Below, one piece after another: positions 12,919 to 24,900 of a stretch of 64,000 bases of DNA. Source of the stretch: Catajapyx aquilonaris (taxonomy: Eukaryota). The translations under genes and the position numbers were made by a program. The first letter of the stretch is position 1; the number at the start of each line of letters is the position of its first letter. The notes beneath the pieces were generated by a model, which made no database searches, had not been told where the DNA came from, and saw nothing but the letters and a program-made list of their open reading frames with translations. The DNA lies in NCBI GenBank assembly GCA_000934665.2, contig KZ538223.1, positions 1 to 64,000 on the forward strand. Reading direction: 5' to 3'.

Positions 12919-15900
12919 GTAAAGTCCTCACATTATCTGAAACCAACGAACCATTAAACCATCATAAAAAGGTGCAGTTTTCGGACGTTTCCCTATAAAT
13001 CAGCTTCGCGTAAGACGTCTGTGTGCCACGTTGCAGTACTATCAGTGGTGTGGAAGTGAGTTAGGTAGCCCGGACATACAAACATATTGACTAACTCGCT
13101 GCTTTATATTTGTCGCTCAAAATAACTTCTTAACTAAAGACCTCGACACTGAGTTAAAATTCATCCAAAATTATTCCCTTTTCATACAGAAAGTATTAAA
13201 AGTACTTATTGTCCAGTCCATTTGGTCATAAGAATAATGAAAAGAAAGACATGTTCTCCAGGTATTTAGTCCTTAGAAGCTGTCAGTGAACGCTTGCAAA
13301 ATTACAAAGTGTACTTTCGACTTGTCCTTTGACGTCAAAATCGCAGCAAAGACATGTTCCTTATCTGACGCATCCTGACCGCAACATGACGTGTAATACT
13401 TAACATGCAAAAACCCCCTCCCTTTCTCTTCTTCATTATTTCCAGGAGCGGTTGTCATCAAGAACTGGAAGCCACTCAGCTTCGACAAAATCTCAGACAA
13501 TCCGGACATGACGGTGGGGGACATCCTCGGGGAGCTGACCACTGTCGCGACCCTTCGGATCCAAGTCATGCGGTGAGTGACAAGACAAAAGACAAGAAAA
13601 TATTTCGCAAACCGGCTAATTACTAAATGTTAATTATTTCCCTCCCCCTCTCCCCTCGCAGACCAAAGAACACGTCAGAGGCTGAAGTGAAGGAAAAGCT
13701 TCTTCGGCTTCTTCTGACACACTCGTACACATTACTGTTAGGAAACGGATGTCCTTTGGACGAGGTAAGTTCCGTGCATTTTGTCGCCAAATTTTTCGCG
13801 ATAAGAAGGTTGTAAATTCACTGCCAGAATATATTTTGTGGTACAAAATGATAATGGCCAAAAAACTGGGCGAAGGATATTCTTCTTCCGCCAAGAGAGA
13901 AATGGTTAGGTTCCTTTCAGTCTGCGCAGATTGCGAAAGTTAGCCATAGGTTTGTTTGTTTTTTTTGTTCGCAAAGTCCAAGGATGGGTCGCATTTTTCC
14001 GGCTATTTCCGCTCGGAATTAAGACTCATTTAAGACCGCAATTAAGGCAGGCGATCTTATCGAGTTATGCAAATTATGGACAGTATAGAAGCGAGGACGG
14101 CCACATATTTTTTTGCAAGTTGATATCGTCTGGTTTGCAAATAAACTTATGCAGGCAACCGAAAGTTTTATCTGCATAAATTCGCGGATTGCTTTCAAAA
14201 TAAAGGACTTCGCCCCCTTATATAAGGTCGGGTTCTCCAACTTTTTAAACTGCCAGTTAAGCAAGCAGTTAAGAATTAAGTAAGCGGATGAACCATGAGA
14301 AAAACTGCTCGAACACAGAGAGAACTTTTCAGCTTCTTCATTTTAAAACTACAGTAGTTTGTAGGGGGTTAACAATCCAATTTAGCACACTTTCAATGAA
14401 ATTAAGGATTTATTAATGAAATTAAGAATTAATCAAACGAACGAACCCCGAGAATATCTGCTCGAATACGAAGAGAACCTCTCAGTTTTATTCATTTTTT
14501 TACAGGTTCCTAGGGGTGAATAATTCAATTTAGCACATTTTAATGGAATTAAGAATTTGCTAATTAAGAATTAAGAAAACGAAAGAACCCCTAGAAAATC
14601 CGATCGAACACGTAGAGAACTTCTCAGCTTCTCGCTTAGATCGCTTTCAAAATGAAGGGACTATGCCCCTTATAAGGTCGGATTCTGCAACTTTTTAGCG
14701 GCCAGCAGTTAAAAATAAAAAAAGACATAAAAAGGTGAACCCCGAGAAAATCCGCTTAAACACGGAGAGAACTTCTCACGCAGCTTCTTTCATTATAAAA
14801 CTATAGTTTTTGAGAGTGAACCTGAGTGAACAATCTTTAGCACAATTTTAAGGAAATTAAAGATTAGGGGTGGAATTTTCGTCCCACTACTGCTAACTTA
14901 GCAACCAGTATTGGCAGTGGTACTGCTAAGTTAGCAGTGGCACCCTATAGGAAATTAAGAATTAAGGAAACGAAATGACGACGGAGAGAACCTCTCAGCA
15001 TCTTCATTTTTTTTTTAAACTGGTTACTATAGGAGTGAACAATTTATTTTGGGCCCCCTTTGCATACATGTTTCGCGTAGTATTTCGCCCATTGACTTGC
15101 CATATCCGCAATCAAATCCCTCGACAGGTGCGGGTTAATTGAAGGGGAGCTTGATGGGTTGGCAGCAAATTGGCAGGTGAATGTGATCCTCTCTGGGAGA
15201 AGGGGTTGGGAGAGGGGGGGGGGGGTTTCTTATATATTATACCCATCGAATCATCACCGGTGCGGAGACGCAGTTAAATTTTAATTAGTGTCGAAAGACG
15301 GCTGAGTGCAACAGGATTTGGCCCCCAGCCTCACTTCGTTTGATCGCTAATAAGGTCTTTGGTGCACCGCCGCCCCCGTCTTATCCACCGCTTGCTCATA
15401 TAACGTGTTTATAACAGCTACTCCTCCATTTGTGTCGCTCATTCACGGCTAATGAACGCCTCCCATGACAGGCTACCTGCGCTGGATAACTTTCACTTAA
15501 CTGCCTGTACTTCAAGGGGATTGCTACTAGTACAGGATGCTGTGGATTCACCAGAAAAGGGTTGCGCTACAATTTTTGCTTCAATTAGCTCTGGGGACGG
15601 AAATTGGACTTTTAACTGTAACTGTGGGGACATTTTCAAATTGTGGGGACATTTCTCGTCCCCACAACTGATTTCACCGGTTGGGTACATACATAGTGAG
15701 GACATGTCCCCACAATTGGGTCTCTTTACAAACCATTTATCTCAGCCTAGGTTAGTGAGGGTAGGTTAGGTTAGGTTAGGTTAGGTTAGGTTAGGTTAGG
15801 TTAGGTATGTTACGTTAGGTATGTTAGGTTAGGTTAGGTTAGGTTAGGTTAAGTTAGGTTAGGTTAGGTTGGGTTAGCATAGTTTTTGTTAGGATAAACT

Positions 15901-18900
15901 AGGTTTCAAAAGTTGTGTTAGCCATGTCCCCACAGCCCCACAGCTAATGGCTTGCAAACATGTGTGTTTATGGTTGCATCAGTGTTGCCGGAATCATTTG
16001 AAGCACAATTTTTGTTGGAATTATCATTTGTGTGTCTTACAATTTTTGTCATTGGCAACTAATGTCATTTCAAGCACAATTTTTGCTATTAGTCCTTGCA
16101 TCATTGTTGCCAACATGATTTCAAGCGGTGCCCCTCTGCAACTTCGAGGTTCTCCCATCATCATAATCCCGACTTTTCTTAAATATTCCCATCATCCTTT
16201 TCTTCATCATCCCCGTCATCGTCATCATCATCATCATCCTCCCCCCTTCCTCTTCCCCCTTTTTCTTTTCTCTCCTCCCCCCGCGACGGCCACGAAACAA
16301 CTTTTCCCGCCTCACTTGCACCTATTAAAACTTGCCCCGCCGATTTGAATATTAAACAGCATTTACATCTGATTCGGGTCGCGCTATCTATCTCCTCATT
16401 CTTCACGGGTGAGGGGGCCCTTTGCATATTTAATCCTCCCATTTAAGCCCATTAGTTGCAACTCCTAGCACTGAAAGTACAGTTGGGGAGGCAGGGTTGC
16501 CAGATCCAGTGAGGGGGAGGGGGAGGCTTCATCTCTCTCTACCCCCTCCTCCTTCCCCCCCACCTTCCTTTTATGCATTTATATGTATACTGTCACCAAG
16601 GATCGCAATCCAGAAGCATGCGCTGTGGGTAGGACCAATCAGGAGGCCCAGGAAAATTTGCAAAACTAGGGATAGAGTCAAAAGGTATAGGTAGAGAGAG
16701 AGAGTGAGGGTCATGGGAGGTCACTGTGGGTTTTGCGGTGATGGTTTATGGCGGATAAATCCAAGGAGGTTAATTGCTGAGGATATTTCAGATTGGGAAG
16801 TACAGGGTGAGGCAATAATAATTGGCGGAGATTCGACAAGGTAACCTAATATTGGCAGCTATAACCATCTGGCAACAAAAATAGCCGTAGCAATCGGGCA
16901 TTATATTAAAATATAAAATATAAAATATAAAAAAATTAATATATAGTGCACGGTTAAAAGTTTGAGCCAAATGAAGCTGTTGGCATAACTGCTACATGAT
17001 TCCCATTCATAATATTCAAACTTAAGGTTAAGTTGACCTCAGTGTGAACATATCGACTGACTAATTATGTTAAATTAACTGTAGCCATCGAAATTAGGCG
17101 AAGGCTAATCAAGGAGTGACATTGCCGGTTTGGTTGGGCCGTTATTTTCGATTTTCTGTCTCAGTCCGCTTTCAACTCTTGACAAGACGTCACCGGATAA
17201 GTGATTAACAGCTCAGTTTTCAGTTAATAGTTCACACGTTCCTGTACTTTTCGCGGTGGAATCTAACGGGCCTATTTAACCCTGATCAGTAGCTAAGCCT
17301 ATAAAATTCGGCATAAAAAGTGGACGAGGGCCAATCCGATTTTTTAAAATAAAATTCCTATACGCAGTCTCAGCTGGGTGCTTATAGTGGTTGTATCTGC
17401 GACATTACTCTCTATCTTGTTGCGCCTAGGGCAAACGAACGTTATTGTGGCTTTGCCAATGCCTCATAGCACTGAGGAAGCGTCGTTAGAAAAATAGAAA
17501 GAAAATGGGTTGTGTTTCCGCAACATTGCTCTGTCTTGTGGTGCCTCGGGCCAACGAACGTTTATGCGGCTTTTCCAACGAACGTTATTGTGGCTTTGTC
17601 AACGAACGTGGGTTGTTTTTAGGTTTATTCTCATGAGTTTTATTAGTTCATATGTTGGGTTAGCTTGCGTCTCCCTTCATCGCTGACTACCCCACATAGG
17701 GAAATGTCGTGATGTTGTTGTTGTTGTTGTCAACGAACGTTATTGTGGCTTTGTCAACGCCGCGCAGCGTAGCTGTGAGGAGGCTTCAATAGGAAAATAT
17801 AAAGAAAGGGGGTTGTGTTTCTGCAACATTGCTCTCTGTCTTGTGGCGCCTCAGGACAACGAACGTTATTGTTGCTTTTTGAACGAACGTTATTGTGGCT
17901 TTGCACCCGCCGCGTAGCAGTGAGGAGCCTTCTTAGGTTATTTTGCATTTATATAATTATATTTTAAATTAAAGTCAGAATATTTGCTTTGGTAATCTTC
18001 ATGGGCATACATGAAGTAAGTGACGATTTGGTACTTACCCAAAAACCTCAAAACTCTCATTTTGTGGTCCCCCCCCCCCCTCCTTCCAAAACTCACCCAG
18101 TGTCAGAAAACGTGGCAACCCCGCTTGTCTTTGTATCACCTCAACTTTTATATCGCACAACCGCTCAGGGGCCTTCTTTATGGCCGACTACTCCTTAGAC
18201 GCGAGCTCTGATCTCATTAGTTAGATGAAATAATTCCTAATAATCTTATTAAGGCAAGGTTAGGTGAAATCTCCCCCTCCTCCTCCTTCCTCCTACCCCC
18301 TCCTCCTCCTCCTCCTCCCTGCTAATATATCCTTTGCCGGTGCTGCTGCCTCGGGGACTTAACGGGCGGAGGATTTGAATAGGCTTAAGGCTCGATTCCC
18401 GGATCCGGGGGAAGGCTTGTTTCCGGGGATTTAACCCGGGACAAAGCCCCGTTCACACGCCTAACCCCAGACGCGGGGGAAGACCTACGTAAACAGCGGG
18501 ATCGGGCCAAGGTTTACAGGGCCCGGCCCCCTTTTAAACGGGGCGGCCCCCCTTGTTTTTGGGCACTGGCCTGGACTCAAATGTTGGGGGGCCTGTGTGT
18601 ATGACTGGGAAAGCGGAGGGGGGGGGGGGATGTTTCAACAAACCTGTACACCTGGTGTATCTACCTGAGTTTCGCAAGCGGTTCAAAAGCGGCAGATGAA
18701 AAGAGGCCTTTTGGAAAGAGGGGGGGGGGGGGGGGGGGNNNNNNNNNNNNNNNNNNNNNNNNNNNNNNNNNNGGGTGAAATACATGCCGGATTTTAGTGA
18801 GCAGATTTTGAGTTGTCTTTGGGAAATGGTTTTTTTTATATTTTTTTTGTATAGGGAAAAGGATGCGTGGCAGAAAATGCGATTTGTTGGGGGGGGGACG

Positions 18901-21900
18901 TGGAGGTATATATAGGATGGTCTTTACTTCGCGACGCGACACAGCAGCGGTTGGATACGCTCGTTGTTTCAGCCTCAAAGCTTAAATCATGGTAATTGCA
19001 CCAATGAATTGCGCTTCAAGTAGTGTATGGCCCACGTTCATCAAAATTAAGATCTGAGCGGAAAGACGAGTTTTGGAGGACCGAATGAATGTGACGCCCC
19101 ACGCCAGAGTGCATCTCGACGTGGCAAAACCCCAATAACGTTCATTGTGCGGCGCTACAAAATTGGACAGTACCGGTGAGGTCAGAAAAAGCCACGAGAC
19201 CGAAACCGCTTTCACTTCGGGAGATGCTGCACCTTTACCTACTTTCCTCGGCTTGTATATCTGTTGAAAGATAGGTGTGTATCCGCTGAAGAATAGGTGT
19301 GTATCCGCTGAAGAATAGGTGTGTATCCGCTGAAGAATAGGCGTGTATCCGCTGAAGAATAGGCGTGTATCCGCCCAGAAAGGAAAGTTAGGTCATGGGG
19401 TACGTTGGTACTGGTAAATTCGGTCAGCCGATATGAACGTCCTTCCGACTGAATCACCCACCGATTCCGGACACGCTCTCTGAATTGCCCTGCCCCTCCA
19501 TCTCAACTCCATCCACTTCGTCGCGTAGTAAAGGTCAGCCGAAGTTTCATGTGATATCGACAATTTTGGCAAATTCCAACAATTTCAGCGCTGATGTAAT
19601 CATTCACTATTTTCTGAATTTCTAATCGTGTTGTCACCCTGTGCATTAATGCTGTCGTACTGGTGGCGCCACGAGCCGATGGAGGAAAAATAAGCGAATT
19701 GCCCTCCGTATATGACCGCCTTCACTTTATCATAAATCAAGGGAAGGGGGTCATCCGGAGAGCAAACTTGGATCAAATGAAGGTGGTCATCCGGAGGCAA
19801 CTTTCGATTTGCTCTTTTGCCGCCATCGGCTTGTGGCGCCTCAAGTACGACTCCATAAATGTCCAGCACTGTACACCTGCATAATACAGGTGAGATGGGC
19901 TTTCTGCATAATTTTCGTGGCACCCTGTAGACATAAAGTGCGATTGTATCTGGGTGTTTAGTTACGGCTATCGGGCACTGAATGGCCCTCCATATGGGAG
20001 GCCGGCTAATTGGACCGGTGATTGTTTCTCAACAGGTTTCCTGCCCCCAATTATTCATCAGCACCCAGTCCCCCCCACACTAGTCCAGAACTGAATAATA
20101 AACTTAACGGGGGCCTTTTCCTATAGCATCCGAATTAAGGCTTTTAAAACCACCAAAAAGGTCTTAATCACTTTTTGGGAGGGAGGGAGTATCCAGTCCC
20201 GACTGGGAAATTTCCAGGGGAGGAAAATCCATGCATGGAAATCCTTGTAAGATTAGTGCTGCAATCCTAGGGATTGTTACGATTCCTCGTAACCCCGCGC
20301 GAATGGGTGCTATTCACGTCTTTTGTCGAGTGATTTCAAGCCCTCGCTGAAATTTACAAGGTGGTGCACTTGGACTGTGATTGTTTACTCCAGCAACCGT
20401 GAATGAAACAGTATAATAAGCAGCTTTTGGCACAAAAAATAGCCAACCACACATAGGTCTACTGTTTTACTCAGTTAATTAGTATATTGACAACAATGCT
20501 AACAATTTGTATGGCTTTTTTTGTATTTCCAGGGCACCTTGGCTCGTCTGTGCAAAGGTCACGCTGCAGGAGACGTACCGGAGGAAGTGAAACGCAAGTT
20601 TGACCAGTGGTACTCGATGCAACAGCAGCAACTCCAGAGGCAGCAGAACTTTGCCAATGGGGACATCCGGATGCCCAAGAATGACCCTTTTGGGGTCGAA
20701 CACGCCCACCCTGCCCTCCAGGTCAGTATACGATTTGACATAAAAATGCGCGAAAATATTTATCAGGAAAGTTTTTTTCTTCTTCTTCTCCTCCTCCATA
20801 TTAATAAGAATCTATATGGTTCAAACAGCTGTAATGTCCACAGTTTCAACAAATTCAAACAAATAATTCAACAAAAATAATTCAATAAGTGCACCAAAAA
20901 TAATTCAACAAGTGCACCAAAAATAATTCAACAAGTGCACCAAAAATAAGTCATCAAAAATAAGTCAACAAAAATAGTTTGACAACAAGTTCAACAAATT
21001 CAAACAGATAATATTCAACAAATATAATTCAACATATATGCAACAAAAATAATTCAGCAAAAATAATTCATCACAAATAGTTCAACAAACGCAATAATTT
21101 CAACAAAAGGACACATTACTATAATAATGTAAATATTATTTCCGTTTGTTATTTCGTGTGAACTCGTTAGTGTTGACACCTGGTCATTATTTTGACATTT
21201 TTTTTCTCTCATTTTGGAAAAAAAAAATAGTCGTATTGGGATTGCTGGGCAAAACGAGGTGGGTTTTGCACCGGGTTGGTTTTGTGGGTGGTTGGGTGGG
21301 TGGGTATAGAGGGGGGGAAGGTGGGGAGGGGGGAGGGCTTCTGCCAGTGTTCGGGGAGGACGTGACTAATGGGGACCAGTTAGAGGATTTTTGCCCGGAG
21401 ATGGATAAATCAGTCAAGTTTCAAGGGGATTTACGGCGATTTGCCGGGGTTTAGTTTGATAAATGCGGATTTGTTTGATACATGGGAGATTTATGGGATT
21501 TATAGGAGATATCCCAGATTAGGGAGATTTATTGCCGAATTAATAGGTTTTATTGGGGATTTATCCGCGATTTAATTAATTTATGTGCCGCTGGAGTAGG
21601 ATTTATGACTTTCCATTCTCATCGGAGATGCCTCTGAATGCTCTCATCCATATGTAGGTTTTTTTTTTGTTAATAGTGAGGGAGGGAGGGAGCCAACCCC
21701 TGCGTGGGCGTCGCATTGTCACATTAACCCGTCCCCAGGTGATTTCCATTAATCGAAAACCCTGACGTCATCTACACTGTGCCAACGATCGCCAATATAA
21801 ATTTTTAAAAATGGCACAATTTGGTTACAAATTTTTGTCAAATACCCGGTGACATGTTTTTTAAAAATGTTCCACATACATTTTGTCAATATTACATAAT

Positions 21901-24900
21901 TGATATTAAGACACATGTTGAACTTACGATTTGTAATTTTCGGCAATATATTTTTTTCACCTGCTTTTATACTTGTCAACGGTGATTACAGATATTAGCA
22001 ATATCGAACATATAAGCTGCTGATATTTTGTTGAAACTAATTATTTGTAAATATTATATTCATATTAATTCAGGACGAGTCCATGCTTGGGGGGAAAACG
22101 AACATGTTGTCATGCAATTGTAAATTTAGATAGTAACTATTGAAAGTAAATTTTCTCTAATGACAAACTAACAGTGTATGAACACATTCTTTTGATATAT
22201 GCCATTACATTGTTGCGCAGACGATTATTTATATATGTTTCGATGTATATCGCGTATGATTCGATGTTACTCAATCACATCCTTCACATAAAGAAATGGG
22301 ACATCTGTTTGTACGTGGGTTTTGGATGATAGCAAAGTGTGGGTTGTAACAATGGACATCTACACACCCACTTGTAAAGGGCATAATAGGGCCGATTAGT
22401 CGCTCGAGCGCACCTGGTCCGCAAGGCTGGCCTGATAAAAGGATCCAGGGCGTTGCAGTCTACTATATTGCTGGCTCTGGTGTAGGGGGGGACAGAGAGA
22501 GAGAGAGAGAGACTATAGTTATGCTGATCCGGAGATATCCCCCGTGCCAGAGACAGAGAATTAAGCTCTTTTCTCGTAAATCACGACAAAAAAAAAACTC
22601 CAGCAGGCCCAGAGTCAGGGCAGGAAAAACGGTTTAGGATCAAGCTTTGTTGATCAGGATTGCACTGGAATCACTGACACTCGTTTTCTTAAGCTGCTAA
22701 ATTTGCATTAATAAGCTAAATCCGCATTGTGATATTTACACCAAGTCTAAGTTTAGGAGCAACCATTTTAATGAGGAGCAGGACGAAACTTCATTTTAAA
22801 AAAAAATTACCTTCAAAATCGCCAAAGTAACACGGAATATTACTTCTTCGGCACAGAATCGCGGTCGTGTCGACCAAGTGTGACCCGAAGTTTAGTCACA
22901 GTTTGACGTTGGACAGTTAATGACAGAATTTGCTTGCAACCTCGCAACGAGCAGTAATCAGAACCCCCCCCCCCTCCCTGATGGAAAGTAAATTCAGAGG
23001 CTTGAAGCTAATCCGATTACCGATACCTTATAGCTGTGCAGAAAACGTGATGAATTTAGTGCTGCTGCACAGTATAGTCACGGTGTGATTTATCACTGAG
23101 CACTTTCTTCAAGACGTTGACAATGCGAGTCAGAATACACCCGGAATAAATGCTCAGGAGGCGTATATACTCATCCAGGACTGTAGTTGAACTACTTAAC
23201 TTTAGGCCATGTAATTATACAGAGTGTTTTATAATTCCGTCAACAAACTTTACGATTTGGGATCAGAAGCCTATAGTTATCAAAAATAATTAACATTAAC
23301 ACAGCTCATGATACTTCCATCGCCTAAGACTTTTTCTTGTCTTTTTTTTTGTTCCATACAGAGTGTGCAGAGCCAGTACCCGACTCACAAGACCAGGATG
23401 AGGACCAGCTTCGACCCTGAGCTGGAGCTTCCCCGTCTGCAGAAGTGGTTCTCGGAGAATCAGCATCCCAGCCGGCATCAGGTGACGAAGGATCTCGAGG
23501 TCGAGCCACCCGCGATCACTGGGGGGGATCAGGGAGATGGGGATCAGGAGATGATCATTCAAAGGGAGATCAATCATCTAAGTCACCAGAATCACTCTCT
23601 AAGTAGAGCCATACTCATGGGTGGTCCGGGATGCGTCGGGTATCACTTTTGTCCCGTTTATCATCCCTGGGGATATCACTAGACACAAGGTGTCAGATTT
23701 CAAGACGTTCATTATCCGGATAATTGCGCGGAATTTTTACGGGACTACCAAATATGAAAAATCAGACAAATCAGCAAAAAATGTTCCCCCAAAATTGTGT
23801 TAGGCTTCGGGATGGTTTTCAGAGATTCGTTTCAAATATGATCAGTATGTTTACTCATCCCACGTCCTATATGAAAATTTTGTTGGTCCTTGCGCCCAAT
23901 TGTCCGCAAAAGTTCGAAAAAAAACTTATTATTTGCTGTAACTATGAAATAAAAAAACAGGAATTTCGTTTCCGGATCGCAGTTTTCCTTTGGATGTTGT
24001 GCAGGTTTTCGTAAAGGGTGAGGAAATTTTCAATTTGCACCGATGCGATTGATAGAAAACATGTCGATAATATTCAGTTGGTGCAGGTAATTACACCGTT
24101 TAGATTAAACGCGCATATTTAGACGCAAAAGTGTCAGAAATTTTAGTTGGTTCATGGTTGTGCATGGACAATTTTGAGACATTTTGCACACTAATAATGG
24201 TCAGGATCAAATCGTTTATGAAATGTTTCTAAATTGCACGTCTAATATAAGCCGTGTACTTGTTAATAGCAAAGATGTCGTCTTACGCACTTTTCGGCTA
24301 TTCCGCAACAATCATTGCTATACATTATCATAATAGAAACAATTTGTGACAATCTAGAAAAATCCATGGGTTAGGTTGCTCCAATTATTAGACATTACTG
24401 CCTGAAAATTTGACATTAATTAATTTTAATCTCTAATTACCATTTGTGTCAAATTTGACTGTAAAAATTATGTCGCAACTTTTTATATGTAGCCTACATA
24501 CTGTACTTAATTGTAATCGTAATTCGCAATTTCACTGCAACATGAAGTGCTGAATATTGCCATTTTGATCTAGGATCTAAATTTAACGTCCAATGGTGCA
24601 ACCAGGCATGTTTTCAGCTGAATCTCACGGTGCACTCACTCTGTACGTCACATTTTTCGAAGTACACAGTTTTACGAGGGGAACGGACCAACAAAAAAAA
24701 GACCTTGAGATAAGGGTGTTAATTAGGTAAGAAAACCGTATGTTGATTGGATCTTGCGACGACCCTTCCTCCTCCTCCTGTTGCCAGATCCAGCAGTACG
24801 TCCGTGAGCTGAACGCCCTGGAGTCGCGTCGTGGACGCAAGCCATTAGACGTCAACAACGTGGTCTACTGGTTCAAGAACGCCAGGGCCGCACAGAAGCG

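Noticed and set aside
17435..17905. Repeat-spacer pattern resembling a CRISPR array
   Set aside because: Eukaryotic intron, irregular spacing, spacers partly duplicated, and no cas genes in the window.
18400..18900. Odd homopolymer-rich sequence around the N gap at 18739-18772
   Set aside because: Looks like low-quality assembly next to a poly-G tract; isolated Ns in G/C runs elsewhere point to the same artefact.
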